This document shows, one piece after another, positions 9,340 through 19,233 of a stretch of 64,000 nt of DNA. Within the stretch, counting starts at the first letter, position 1; the number at the start of each line of letters is the position of its first letter. The notes under the pieces are model-generated. The model was given only the letters and a program-made list of their open reading frames with translations, was not told the origin of the DNA and did no database searches. Source of the DNA: Minisyncoccota bacterium (GTDB taxonomy: Bacteria; Patescibacteriota; Minisyncoccia; 2-02-FULL-40-12; GWA2-44-9); contig DASPGX010000006.1 in NCBI GenBank assembly GCA_035620375.1, positions 6,156 to 70,155 of the forward strand, given 5' to 3'. The position numbers and the translations under genes are program-made.

Positions 9340-10215
9340 TTACATGTCGTCCAGCGAGCCGGGGTCCCTGAAGTCGTCGGGCGTAATCCACGCGACAAGA
9401 AAGGGGCGGGCGAGTCCGCGCCGCTCAATCCAGAACAGGAACGGCCGGTCGATGACGTACGGTCGGGGCCGGGGCTGGACCGACGTGCGCATGATGCCCA
9501 GCGCGACGCCGGATTTCGCGCGGAAGCCGAACTGGTTCATTTTCAACTTGGTCTGCTGAACCGCCTGCGCGACCTTGAACCGGTCGCCGGCGTCGTCGTT
9601 GGTCCACAGTTCCAGCATCCAGGAAATGTCCGGTTGGACGTCCAGGTTCACCATCGGAAAGTGCAGTGCATCGTACGTACGCAGCCCGGTGCGTTCGGTC
9701 GCGACCAGTTCCATGAGCGCCAGATCGTCAGGCGCCTGGCGCTTGCTCGGTCCGTCGGGCATCAGGGCGAAGTTGGCGACGTCTCCGCTCTCGGTCATCG
9801 CGTGGGCGATGACGCCCAGGCGGGACAGCGAAAACGTGACGTGCCGTGTGAGGAACACGCCGGGCACCTCGCCGGAGAGGTCCGGGACGTTCAGCGGCCG
9901 GACGGTGCCCATGGTTCTCCACTTGCCCGTTACGTCCAGCACGCTCGCCGTCCCGAATCCGTCGGGCGGGAACGGGTTGAGCGCGATGGCGAACTTCCGT
10001 TCCCGCAGGAACCGGTTGATGACCGCGTGGTCGCGTGACGCCGTGGATTCGATTTCCGGGATGCGCCCCAGCTCACGGCGGCAGGGGACGAAGTGATTCC
10101 CCAGAAACCGACGCTGCGTGTCGTTGACGGCGTGCCAAGTGCGGTCGGGTCCGAGAAACTCATCCGCCTTGTCCAGTGCGCCCGTGATGGGGTACGTACA
10201 GATGGTTCTGCTCAA
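9340..10215 (-). CDS. serpin-like protein (divergent, short)
   Basis: IDRPFLFWI serpin signature, hinge-like MNQFGFRAKSGVA, GKW; TTG start after GAGGAG. Confidence 0.65.
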   Translation of the reverse strand: MSRTICTYPITGALDKADEFLGPDRTWHAVNDTQRRFLGNHFVPCRRELGRIPEIESTASRDHAVINRFLRERKFAIALNPFPPDGFGTASVLDVTGKWRTMGTVRPLNVPDLSGEVPGVFLTRHVTFSLSRLGVIAHAMTESGDVANFALMPDGPSKRQAPDDLALMELVATERTGLRTYDALHFPMVNLDVQPDISWMLELWTNDDAGDRFKVAQAVQQTKLKMNQFGFRAKSGVALGIMRTSVQPRPRPYVIDRPFLFWIERRGLARPFLVAWITPDDFRDPGSLDDM

Positions 10216-10330
10216 TATCCGTCTCCTCGTGTGGTTAAGAGCCGGGAAATAATACCTGAGAAAGTGACCGTGGTCAATCGCGCGTGTCCGCTTTGATTTT
10301 TCGCGCGTTGGATTATTATAGGTAGGAATT

Positions 10331-11056
10331 ATGGATGTATCCGTCGTCATTCCCGCGTACAACGAAGCCAAGCGCATCGGCGCGACCCTGGACGCCGTCT
10401 GTGCGTTTCTGTCGGCGAAGTCCGGACTCCGGTGGGAGGTGGTCGTGGTTGATAACCGTTCCAAGGACGACACCGCGGCCGTCGCGCGTTCCCGGGCGGA
10501 GAAGTGGCCGGGCATCAGGGTCGTCCGCGAAGAACAGCCCGGAAAAGGCTACGCGGTGACCGCGGGCATGCTCGCGGCAACGGGTGCGGCGCGTCTGTTC
10601 ATGGATGCGGACCACTCCACGACCATCGACCACTATGACCGGATGGCCCCGTTCCTCGGTGAGGGTTACGACGTCGTCATCGCGTCGCTGACCGAGCCGG
10701 GGGCTTCAGTGCGCAACGAGGGCAGGGAGCCGCTGTGGCGGGTCATTCTCGGAAAGCTTGGCAACAAGTGGATTCAGGTGTTCGCGGTATGGGGTATCGG
10801 TGATACGCAGCGGGGATTCAAGATGTTCAGTGAGCGTGCCGCGAAGGATATCTTTCCGCGCCTGACCGTATTCGGCTGGGGTTTTGACGTGGAGGTTCTC
10901 GCCATCGCCCGTGCGCGCGGATACCGCATCAAGGAGGTCCCCGTGCATCAGTGGAACAACGCGCCCGACTCCAAGGTGAACGTCTGGGCATATCCGCAGG
11001 TGCTTCTGCAGACCCTGCTGGTGTTCAGGAACCGGCTGTTCGGGAAGTACCGGTAA
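10331..11056 (+). CDS. GT2 polyprenyl-phosphate glucosyltransferase-like
   Basis: IPAYNE, GKGYAV, MDAD, DTQRGFK, FDVE. Confidence 0.9.
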   Translation: MDVSVVIPAYNEAKRIGATLDAVCAFLSAKSGLRWEVVVVDNRSKDDTAAVARSRAEKWPGIRVVREEQPGKGYAVTAGMLAATGAARLFMDADHSTTIDHYDRMAPFLGEGYDVVIASLTEPGASVRNEGREPLWRVILGKLGNKWIQVFAVWGIGDTQRGFKMFSERAAKDIFPRLTVFGWGFDVEVLAIARARGYRIKEVPVHQWNNAPDSKVNVWAYPQVLLQTLLVFRNRLFGKYR

Positions 11057-11057
11057 T

Positions 11058-12095
11058 ATGGCCGTATCCGAATTCCGCAAAGATCTGGTTTCCGGGGAAT
11101 GGGTGCTCATCGCAAGCGGCCGTGCACGGCGTCCGGACGCGCCGGAGAACAAACGGCCCGCACGCGAACCTTCCCGGAAGGAATCCTGTCCGTTCGAGGA
11201 TCCGCAGGCTTCGGGGAACGCCGCGCCGGTACTCGCGTATCACGGCGGTACGCGTATCCAATGGACGCCGGGGACGGATTGGTCGGTGCAGGTCATCCCC
11301 AACAAGTTTCCCGCACTGACGCCGGGCGTGTGCGGCGCTCCCGAGCGTACCGGGCCGTTCCTTACACACCCCGCACACGGGTTTCATGAACTGGTGGTCA
11401 CGCGGGATCACGAGCGGGGCTTCGCGCAGTTCACCGGCGCGGAGACCGCGGAGGTGCTGAAGGTGTACCGTGAACGTTTCCGGGAAATCGCCAAGGACGA
11501 ATGCGGGGACTATGTCAGTATTTTCCATAACTGGGGGAGGACGGCGGGGGCGAGCGTGTATCACAACCATTCGCAGATTATTTCCACTCCGGTGCTGCCC
11601 CCGGAGGTTCTGCGGAGCGTCAGCGGCGCAGATGCGTTCTACCGGACGCATGATGAGCCCGTACACCGGCGGCTTATCCAGTGGGAGATGAACCAGGGCC
11701 GCCGCATGGTCTACGAGAACGGCGCTTTCGTCGCCTTCTGCCCGTACGTGTCCAAGACGCCGTATGAGGTCCGTATTTTCCCCAAGCGGCATGAGCCGCG
11801 CTTTGAGAATATCCGCGATGACGAGATTGAGGATTGCGCACAGGCGCTGAACGCCGTTCTGGGTTCGGTGTATGACGCTCTCGGCGACCCGGATTACAAC
11901 TTCTATATTCATACGGCTCCGGTGACCAAGGATCCGGCGGTCAGTTATGACTTCTATCACTGGCATATCGAGATTGTACCCCGTATCTCGGTGCCGGCGG
12001 GTTTTGAGCTCGGTACGGCGATATATATCAACGTCGTCGACCCCGACGATGCGGCGGCGAAGCTCCGTGAGGCGGTCCGTAACGGTTCAACATGA
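11058..12095 (+). CDS. galT: galactose-1-phosphate uridylyltransferase
   Basis: RARRP, CPF, NKFPAL, GASVYHNHSQ (HxHxQ), GFELG. Confidence 0.88.
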   Translation: MAVSEFRKDLVSGEWVLIASGRARRPDAPENKRPAREPSRKESCPFEDPQASGNAAPVLAYHGGTRIQWTPGTDWSVQVIPNKFPALTPGVCGAPERTGPFLTHPAHGFHELVVTRDHERGFAQFTGAETAEVLKVYRERFREIAKDECGDYVSIFHNWGRTAGASVYHNHSQIISTPVLPPEVLRSVSGADAFYRTHDEPVHRRLIQWEMNQGRRMVYENGAFVAFCPYVSKTPYEVRIFPKRHEPRFENIRDDEIEDCAQALNAVLGSVYDALGDPDYNFYIHTAPVTKDPAVSYDFYHWHIEIVPRISVPAGFELGTAIYINVVDPDDAAAKLREAVRNGST

Positions 12096-12862
12096 AGAAG
12101 TTCATTATCGCCAACTGGAAGATGATGCCGCGCGACGCCGCACATGTCCGGGAGATTCTCGTGCGCACGGACGAGTTCCTCCAGGGCTTCCAGGAGCGTA
12201 CGCCGATGTCGCTCGTGTTCTGTCCGCCGTTCGTGTTCCTGGACGAGGTTGCGGGATTCCTGCGGCAGTCGCACCTGCTGCATGACGCCGAACTCGGCGC
12301 GCAGGACGTTGCCGCCCGCGACGAGGGCGCCGCGACCGGCGAAGTCTCCGGAAGCCAGCTTGTTGCGTCGGGAGTACGCTATGTCATTGTCGGACACAGT
12401 GAGCGGCGGGCGATGGGCGAGGACGATGATGCGGTGAACGCCAAACTCAAGGCCGCGCTCCGGAACGGTCTGGTGCCCATCGTCTGCGTCGGTGAGGTTT
12501 CACGTGACGGGGAATGGGAGGATATGCTCCGTGCACAGCTCAGGGGAACATTCCGGGACTCCGGATCCGATGACGTGTCCCGCTGCCTGATTGCCTATGA
12601 GCCCGTGTGGGCGATAAGTACGACGCCCGGAGCGAAGCCCGATACACCCGCAAGCGCAGCGCAGTCGGCCGGGCTCATACGGGAATTCCTCCGGAGCGAA
12701 TTCGGGAGCGGGGACGTACGGGTACTGTACGGCGGTTCGGTGAAACCGGATAACGCGGCGGGATTTCTGACGGATGAAGCGTTCAACGGCGTGCTGGTGG
12801 GCGGGGCGTCCGTGAAACCTGACGACTTCGCCGCGATTATCAGGGCATCCGTCATCACATGA
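12092..12862 (+). CDS. tpiA: triosephosphate isomerase
   Basis: ANWKM, GHSERR, AYEPVWAI, YGGSV, LVGGAS. Confidence 0.95.
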   Translation: MKKFIIANWKMMPRDAAHVREILVRTDEFLQGFQERTPMSLVFCPPFVFLDEVAGFLRQSHLLHDAELGAQDVAARDEGAATGEVSGSQLVASGVRYVIVGHSERRAMGEDDDAVNAKLKAALRNGLVPIVCVGEVSRDGEWEDMLRAQLRGTFRDSGSDDVSRCLIAYEPVWAISTTPGAKPDTPASAAQSAGLIREFLRSEFGSGDVRVLYGGSVKPDNAAGFLTDEAFNGVLVGGASVKPDDFAAIIRASVIT

Positions 12863-13950
12863 GAACCGTACGCGACATTCCCGGCCTATCGGACGCCACC
12901 GTTCTGCTGCGGGCGGACCTGGATGTGCCGGTCGCGGAGAACGGACTCATCGAAGAGGAGTTCCGCATCATCCAGCAGAAGGAAAACCTGGACTTTCTTC
13001 TTTCCGGCGGCGCGCGGGTCGTCATGGTCGCGCACGCCTCGGATCCCCAGGCGCAGTCATTCCGCGGACTCCTGCCGCAGCTCAAACGGCTGTTCGGACG
13101 GGAGATTTCGTTCCTCGCCGGACTGGAGGATATCCGGAATGTTTCCGGACGGGCAGGTTCCTTCTATCTGTTGGACAACGTGCGGCGATGGCCGGAGGAG
13201 ACGCGCAACGACGCGGCATTCGCCGCAGAACTCGCCGACGGATTCGACGTGTACGTGAACAACGCGTTCGCCGTCGTGCACCGGGAGCACGCATCCGTCT
13301 CCGCTGCCGCGTTTATCAAGCCCGCGTACGCGGGACTGCTGGTGGAGAAGGAGATACGGCAGCTTTCCGACGTCATCGACGCCCCGGCGGAGGGGAAGGT
13401 CCTCATCATGGGCGGGGCCAAGGCGTCCACGAAGGTACCCGTCATCAGTAATCTCATCGCCAAGGCGGAGCACGTGCTGGTCGGCGGCATCGTCGCCAAC
13501 GACATCCTCAAGGCAAAGGGGCAGGATATCGGATCGTCCCGGGTGGATGACAATATCGGGCAGCTGCTCAAGGGACTGGACCTGGATGACCCGCGTCTGC
13601 ACGTTCCCGACGATTCGGTTGTCGAGGAGGGTGCGTACATGGACCTGGGCCCCAATTCCGTGCATGCGTATACGTCCATCATCAAATCGGCGAAGACCGT
13701 CATCTGGAACGGTCCGGTCGGGAAGTTCGAAGATATCCGATTCGCCGGCGGTACGCTGGCCATCGCCAGGGCGATTGTCGACAGCGGCGCGTTCTCCCTC
13801 ATCGGCGGCGGTGATACGATTGCGGCCGTGAGCCAGGCCGGTTTGCTGAACCGCTTCGGTCATGTGTCCACCGGAGGAGGAGCGATGCTTGCGTTCCTGT
13901 CGGGCGAGCGGCTGCCGGGGCTCGTACCGCTGGGCGTCTATCCGAAATGA
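12859..13950 (+). CDS. pgk: phosphoglycerate kinase
   Basis: HREHAS, GGAK, WNGPVG, GGGDT, HVSTGGGA. Confidence 0.92.
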   Translation: MRTVRDIPGLSDATVLLRADLDVPVAENGLIEEEFRIIQQKENLDFLLSGGARVVMVAHASDPQAQSFRGLLPQLKRLFGREISFLAGLEDIRNVSGRAGSFYLLDNVRRWPEETRNDAAFAAELADGFDVYVNNAFAVVHREHASVSAAAFIKPAYAGLLVEKEIRQLSDVIDAPAEGKVLIMGGAKASTKVPVISNLIAKAEHVLVGGIVANDILKAKGQDIGSSRVDDNIGQLLKGLDLDDPRLHVPDDSVVEEGAYMDLGPNSVHAYTSIIKSAKTVIWNGPVGKFEDIRFAGGTLAIARAIVDSGAFSLIGGGDTIAAVSQAGLLNRFGHVSTGGGAMLAFLSGERLPGLVPLGVYPK

Positions 13951-14852
13951 TGAAATTCACCGAACACCGCGCGACCCGCAGGGCCGCGTCCAAGAAGATT
14001 GTTGTGTTGTACCATGCCGAGTGCACGGACGGCTTTGTTGCGGCGTGGGCGGCATTCCGGCACTTCGGGAAGAAGGCCGAATACCATGCGGTGGAGCACC
14101 AGTACCCGATGCCCGAAAAGCTCACGGGCAAGGAAGTCTATACGCTCGATTTTACGTATCCCGAGGACATCACGCGGGCCCTGATGGCCGATAACGAGCG
14201 GGTTACCAGCATCGACCACCACGTGTCGGTCGCCGATGTGACGCGCATGACCGTCGGCGGGGTGTACGACAACGACCATTCCGGGGCGATGCTCTCGTGG
14301 AAGTATTTTCATCCGGACGTTCCCGCGCCGCTGCTTGTCCGCATCGTGGAGGACTACGACCTGCACCGGTTCAGTCTGCCGGAGACGCGGACCATCATGG
14401 ATTTTCTTGACCTGTATGACTTTGAGTTCACCACGTACACCAAGCTTGCACGGATGCTGGACCGTCCGATGGGCCTCAGGCGGGGACTCCGCACCGGCGG
14501 CATCGTGAGCCTGTACCGTGAGCGGGCGGTGCGGAGCCTGATGGGAAACTCCACGTACGAGGTGCAGTTTGACGAACATAAGGCAGGTGCCATCAATACC
14601 GAGTTTTATCATGCCGAAATTGCCACCCTTCTGGCGGAGAAATACCATGTCGGCATCGCGTGGCGCGTGCGGCCGCACGGAACCTATGTGTCCCTGCGCT
14701 CGGACGGCACGGTGAACGTCGCTGATCTGGCGTCGCGGTACGGGGGCGGGGGACATGCGCGCTCGGCAGGTTTCGTCGTCGCCTCTCCCTCGCATCTGCC
14801 GTTCCAGCAGGCCGCCGGTGAACAGACGGATGCCCCGAACAATGAGCGCTGA
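13947..14852 (+). CDS. DHH/DHHA1 phosphoesterase
   Basis: YH..C.DG, IDHH, SLRS, GGGGHARSAG. Confidence 0.85.
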   Translation: MMKFTEHRATRRAASKKIVVLYHAECTDGFVAAWAAFRHFGKKAEYHAVEHQYPMPEKLTGKEVYTLDFTYPEDITRALMADNERVTSIDHHVSVADVTRMTVGGVYDNDHSGAMLSWKYFHPDVPAPLLVRIVEDYDLHRFSLPETRTIMDFLDLYDFEFTTYTKLARMLDRPMGLRRGLRTGGIVSLYRERAVRSLMGNSTYEVQFDEHKAGAINTEFYHAEIATLLAEKYHVGIAWRVRPHGTYVSLRSDGTVNVADLASRYGGGGHARSAGFVVASPSHLPFQQAAGEQTDAPNNER

Positions 14853-15282
14853 CGGATACATTATTTTTGCGGACGGCGGAGCCCGGGGGAACCCGGGTCC
14901 TGCGGCGTACGGCTTCGTGCTCCGCGGCGCGGATATCGCGGAATTCGCCTACGGAAAGGCAATCGGAAAGGCGACGAACAACGTCGCCGAGTACACGGCG
15001 GCCATTGAAGCGCTCAAAAAACTCAAATCGCTCATCGGGGCGGAGCGCGCCGCGGCGGCATCCGTGCAGGTCAACGCGGACAGCGAACTGCTGGTCAAAC
15101 AGATGAACCGCGAGTACCGGGTGAAGGACCCCGACCTCCAGCGCATGTACATGGAACTGCACAATGTGATGATGGACTTCCGCGCCGTCGCCTTCGTGCA
15201 TGTCCGCCGCGAACAGAACAAGCTCGCCGACCATATGGTCAACGACGCTTTGGACAGGGAACAGGCGACCCTGGAACTCTGA
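14842..15282 (+). CDS. rnhA: ribonuclease HI family protein
   Basis: DGGARGNPGPA, TNNVAEY, DSELLVKQ, REQNKLAD. Confidence 0.92.
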   Translation: MSADGYIIFADGGARGNPGPAAYGFVLRGADIAEFAYGKAIGKATNNVAEYTAAIEALKKLKSLIGAERAAAASVQVNADSELLVKQMNREYRVKDPDLQRMYMELHNVMMDFRAVAFVHVRREQNKLADHMVNDALDREQATLEL

Positions 15283-15315
15283 TTTTCCGCGTAAAGACGC
15301 CTCCGCATGGCGCGA

Positions 15316-15344
15316 TTCAACGGCTCATCAGGTGAGCCGTTGAA
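15316..15344. repeat. palindrome CGGCTCA-N5-TGAGCCG family, copy 2
   Basis: TTCAACGGCTCA-TCAGG-TGAGCCGTTGAA, inside a longer imperfect inverted repeat (~15287-15382). Confidence 0.65.
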
Positions 15345-15399
15345 CTGTTGATAGTATCTGCGTTTCAGAGGGCGTTTTCGCGTTATACTTACAGGGAAT

Positions 15400-16518
15400 A
15401 TGCCGGAGCCAGCGGAAAAGGAGCCGGTGGTTTTTGAGGGGTCACCCACGGGGCGGCGGGCCGAGTTTGATTGGCTGATGAACCGGGAAAACCCGGAAAG
15501 CACCTATCAGCAGGCGATCGAGGACATCGTCGCCGATGCGCAGGCGATGGAGCGTACGCTCAAGTCCATCGACGCGATGCCGCAGGCGGTGGATGCGACC
15601 GAGGAGAAGCTCCGGAAAGAACACCAGAAAAAGGCTCATGACGACCTCATCAGGCTGAGGGACAAATACGAGGACCTGGTCAACAGCCTGCCTCCCGACC
15701 ACGAGCTGCGTTCCAAGGCGGCGCCTATGGAACAGGCAGCGGCTGAAATCTTCAATTCCATGCTGCGCAAGTCGGCCGGCCAGCTGGAGGAAGGCGCAAT
15801 CGTCAACGTGGGCAGTGACCGTGATTTGAACGGCGAACCCGGCACGCAGGCGCCCGGACAGAACCGGGAGAAGGCCCGTGTGCTGGACAAGGAAAAATAC
15901 GAGCAGCGGGTCTGGGCAATTCTGCAGGACGTCGTGCAAATCGGCGAGATGCTCAATTTCAAGGGCAACGACACGAAGGTCCGCGAGACGATGCTCCGGG
16001 AATTGCTCCGTCTGGAAGAGGTTCTCCGCGACTTGGACGTCAGCGCGCAGTATCCCGATTCGCAAATCCGGAGGGATGCCGAGCGCATCATTGACGAGCT
16101 CGGCAAGCGGTGGCAGGAGCTTGTGCCGCCGGAGAAGCCGTCTCCGCCTTCCGTTCCACGGCCGCGCACGCCTAAGGGAAGCGTCTTCGCCGCGTGGATG
16201 CCCCGTGTTCCGCGTCCGGCCTACGCCGCAAGACCCGACATGCGTGTCATGCTTGCCGCGGTGTCCGCGCTTCCGCCGTTGGCCGTTCCCGCTCCGGCTC
16301 CGGGACGCGCCAAACCCAAGGTTCCGGTTCTGCCGAAGGATTGGGACAGCTTGGACGAGGCCGCCCGTGTCGCCGCGCTGGAAACCTTCCTCGGCGATTT
16401 CATCGCGGAATACTCCCGCATCATGGGGGAGCACCGTGCGGCGTTGCAGGCAATCATTTCCGGGGTCAAAGAGCGGAAGCTCAAGGCGCTCCGTGCTAAA
16501 CTGGACGTATCAGAATGA
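15400..16518 (+). CDS. hypothetical helical/Pro-rich protein
   Basis: 372-aa ORF whose stop overlaps the next ATG. Confidence 0.7.
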   Translation: MPEPAEKEPVVFEGSPTGRRAEFDWLMNRENPESTYQQAIEDIVADAQAMERTLKSIDAMPQAVDATEEKLRKEHQKKAHDDLIRLRDKYEDLVNSLPPDHELRSKAAPMEQAAAEIFNSMLRKSAGQLEEGAIVNVGSDRDLNGEPGTQAPGQNREKARVLDKEKYEQRVWAILQDVVQIGEMLNFKGNDTKVRETMLRELLRLEEVLRDLDVSAQYPDSQIRRDAERIIDELGKRWQELVPPEKPSPPSVPRPRTPKGSVFAAWMPRVPRPAYAARPDMRVMLAAVSALPPLAVPAPAPGRAKPKVPVLPKDWDSLDEAARVAALETFLGDFIAEYSRIMGEHRAALQAIISGVKERKLKALRAKLDVSE

Positions 16519-18851
16519 AAAGATTTTTCTCCGCACTGAAGAATTCATTCGCACTTTCGGAGTCCGGGCCTCCCCGGGTCCGGCTTGCCGCTTCTGACGA
16601 CATGCCCGATCTGCCCAAGCCGCCTGTGCCGCCGAAGCCGGTACGTATGCCCGAGGCTCCGCTCCGGAGCATAGAAGGGGAGAAGGGCGGAGAAGGAGCA
16701 GCCGTGGAATCCGGCCCCGAATCGTCGGCGGAAGTCGCCGGGCAGATTGAACAGGCCATCGGCGAATCCGCGGACCGCGGCATCGCCGAGGCGCACAAGG
16801 CCGCGGATGCTCCCGAACTCGCGGATGATTTGAATGCGCAGACGGAGGCGAAGGGCCTTGGCGATGCCACGGCGGCGGATGTCGCGGGGCTGAAGGCGGG
16901 TGCTGCCGAGAGCCTTGCGGGCGCGAAAGCGGGACAGGCGTCCGTCGGAGAAAAGCCGCTCACCGGTCTCACCGAAAAAGAAGTGGTTGAAAGCGCGCTG
17001 GGCTCACCGCCGCCGCCTCCTCCCGCCGTGAAGCCGGAGAAGCGGGAACCGGACGTTTCAGAAATTGATGTCCTTGAAACGGAAGGCGGGGAACTGCACC
17101 AGGTCCTGGAGCGCGACGCTCAGGGCAGGCCCTCCAAGACGCTCTTCATGGGAAAGAAGGAACAGCCGGCCCCGGCCACGCCCAAGATTCCGGAAGTGCC
17201 CAAGCCGCCGCGGCCTGCCGGAGCACGGGATGCCGGGGGAGAGAGGATTATGGTTCCGGCGCCGCGCGCGACCGAGATGGTGGAACGGGGCGCTGCGGAG
17301 CGTCTCCAAAAGTTGCACGCCAAATGGAAGGCAAGCGGCGCGACCGAACCGACGCCTGAACTCAGGGCCGCACAGAAGGATTTGGCTGACGCGTCGCGTC
17401 GCCGGCAGGAGGCTGCCGCGAAGGAGGCAGCCAAGCTTGTGGAAGAACAGGAACTCAAAGGAACTATCGCTCCGCGCCGCGTGACCGCGGAATCCGGAAA
17501 ACCCAAGGCCGAGGAGCCGCCGGTGCGGAAAACCGTCGGAACGCCGCCTCCGCCTCCGCCTCCGCCTCCGCCGTCCGTCGCCGGAGAGCCGTACGAGAAG
17601 CCCGGGGTGAGCACGTTCAAGAAGGTCGGTTCTCCGCCGCCTCCGGTTTCCGGCCCGGATAAGCCGCCGACCGGTCCCGATAAAGCACCTCCGATCACGG
17701 AGAAGTCCGTTCCCGTCGGAGGTCCGGACAGGCGGAGCGGAGACGAGCAGTATTCCGGCGATCCGCGCTCGTGGTTCGAGCGCAACCTCCCGACGTTCGG
17801 CGGGCGGTGGCTCGGTGCGAAATGGTACGAAATCAAGGTGGAAGCCGCCAAAGGACCGGTCATCCGCGGACAGAAGAATCTTGAAGCGCAACGCGGGGAA
17901 ACGCGGAAGATTCAGGACAATTACGAGAAGTACCGCGGAAGAGGCTTGGGGTTGCGGGCGTCGTGGTACAAGATGCGCCTGAACCGTTCCTTGTCCAAGG
18001 AGCGCGACTATGAGCGGCAGATGAGGGACTACAACGGACGCATGCGCACGCACGAGGAAAACCTCAAGCGCGTCCTCCGTTCCTACGAGCGGGAGTACGA
18101 CGAGAAGCTCCGGCCGTTCGAGCACGAGGTCAAGGCGGAGCGTGAGCGTCTGACGGCGCTCCGGGAGGTGAACGGCAATCTATCAGAATCATTGAAGGTC
18201 GCGCATGAGGAGCTGTTGCGGCTTGAGGACGAGGGGCGCAACCGCCGCGATATCAGACGCACGCCGGAATGGAGTCGTGCGGTCGCTGACGTGCGCAAAG
18301 GAATGCGCGACATTGAACGCCGCATCACGCGGAACGAACTGGAGATTGCGGAACGCAACGCGCGCCTGGTGCGTGCGGACCAGCGGGCCGATGTGTGGCG
18401 CCAGAAGAAGAACGACCTCGCCGAGCGTGCCAAGTCGGAGGAGTTTGAATTTGATCTGCCGAATCCCGAGGAGGCGGCCGGCGAAAAGCCCGGGGCGATG
18501 CCTGAGTATGAGACGACCGGCCAGGGTCCCGTTTTCCGCGAGGGTGCCGAGCCGGAGGACAAGGAGCCGGGTCCCCGCCGACCGGTCGCCGAGCGGTTCA
18601 TTGATAAATGGAACCGGTTGCACAAAAGCATCGCGGGCGAGCAGATTGATGGTAAACTTTTCCTGCAACGGCTTACGGAGCGGCTGAAGGCGCGGGGAAC
18701 GGACGATATCAAACAGGCGACTGTCGCGGAACTCGGCCTGGTACTGAAGAGTATTGCCGATGAAAAAGGGGTTGTCAGGCTGCAGAGCTGGTGGGACCAG
18801 CGCATCGATGAGGCATTCAACGCCGTGAAGCCCAAGAAAAAAACATCATGA
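16515..18851 (+). CDS. large Pro-rich disordered and coiled-coil hypothetical protein
   Basis: 778 aa with poly-Pro tracts and a long R/E coiled coil. Confidence 0.75.
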   Translation: MKRFFSALKNSFALSESGPPRVRLAASDDMPDLPKPPVPPKPVRMPEAPLRSIEGEKGGEGAAVESGPESSAEVAGQIEQAIGESADRGIAEAHKAADAPELADDLNAQTEAKGLGDATAADVAGLKAGAAESLAGAKAGQASVGEKPLTGLTEKEVVESALGSPPPPPPAVKPEKREPDVSEIDVLETEGGELHQVLERDAQGRPSKTLFMGKKEQPAPATPKIPEVPKPPRPAGARDAGGERIMVPAPRATEMVERGAAERLQKLHAKWKASGATEPTPELRAAQKDLADASRRRQEAAAKEAAKLVEEQELKGTIAPRRVTAESGKPKAEEPPVRKTVGTPPPPPPPPPPSVAGEPYEKPGVSTFKKVGSPPPPVSGPDKPPTGPDKAPPITEKSVPVGGPDRRSGDEQYSGDPRSWFERNLPTFGGRWLGAKWYEIKVEAAKGPVIRGQKNLEAQRGETRKIQDNYEKYRGRGLGLRASWYKMRLNRSLSKERDYERQMRDYNGRMRTHEENLKRVLRSYEREYDEKLRPFEHEVKAERERLTALREVNGNLSESLKVAHEELLRLEDEGRNRRDIRRTPEWSRAVADVRKGMRDIERRITRNELEIAERNARLVRADQRADVWRQKKNDLAERAKSEEFEFDLPNPEEAAGEKPGAMPEYETTGQGPVFREGAEPEDKEPGPRRPVAERFIDKWNRLHKSIAGEQIDGKLFLQRLTERLKARGTDDIKQATVAELGLVLKSIADEKGVVRLQSWWDQRIDEAFNAVKPKKKTS

Positions 18852-19186
18852 GCGACCCAGTAAAGAAAATGAGCGACGACGAATTGTTGTCCCGGCTCCG
18901 GGAGCTTGGCGACGGTCTGCAGGAGCTGGACGCCGAAGCAGGTGCCGATTTGGACGGACTCTACGCAGATAGCGATAAATCATTGGCGTATCTTGAGTCA
19001 GCGGATTTGGATTCTGAGCTGGCACCGTCCGAGGAAGCGCTCGCCGGCGACGTGAAGGCGGAACTGGAGCGCACGGATGCAACCATCGTGCGCGAACAGG
19101 GTATTCTGGAACGGATGGAGGCCGAAAGCGCCGCGGAACAGGAGCGGGATGAGGAGGAATCCGCTTCTGCGGACGCGGAAGGATAG
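18848..19186 (+). CDS. small acidic hypothetical protein
   Basis: ATGA overlap with the upstream gene; D/E-rich. Confidence 0.6.
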   Translation: MSDPVKKMSDDELLSRLRELGDGLQELDAEAGADLDGLYADSDKSLAYLESADLDSELAPSEEALAGDVKAELERTDATIVREQGILERMEAESAAEQERDEEESASADAEG

Positions 19187-19201
19187 GGCACTGATTTGCG
19201 G

Positions 19202-19233
19202 AACCAAAAACCCCCGTGAGGGGGCTTTTGGTT
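19202..19233 (-). terminator. intrinsic terminator after rnpB (probably bidirectional)
   Basis: AACCAAAAACCCCC-GTGA-GGGGGCTTTTGGTT. Confidence 0.65.

Noticed and set aside
8134-10038. 634-aa plus-strand ORF, and similar long antisense ORFs (e.g. 35097-36722, 37105-38757, 29946-31490)
   Set aside because: Shadow frames opposite well-supported genes in high-GC DNA, with no recognisable motifs.
12497-12507. GTTTCACGTGA, partial match to canonical parS
   Set aside because: Only 11 contiguous bases of 16 match, the right arm is broken, and it lies inside tpiA.
17544-17573. CCGCCT tandem repeat as a contingency locus or array
   Set aside because: An in-frame hexamer coding for poly-Pro; length change would not shift the frame.
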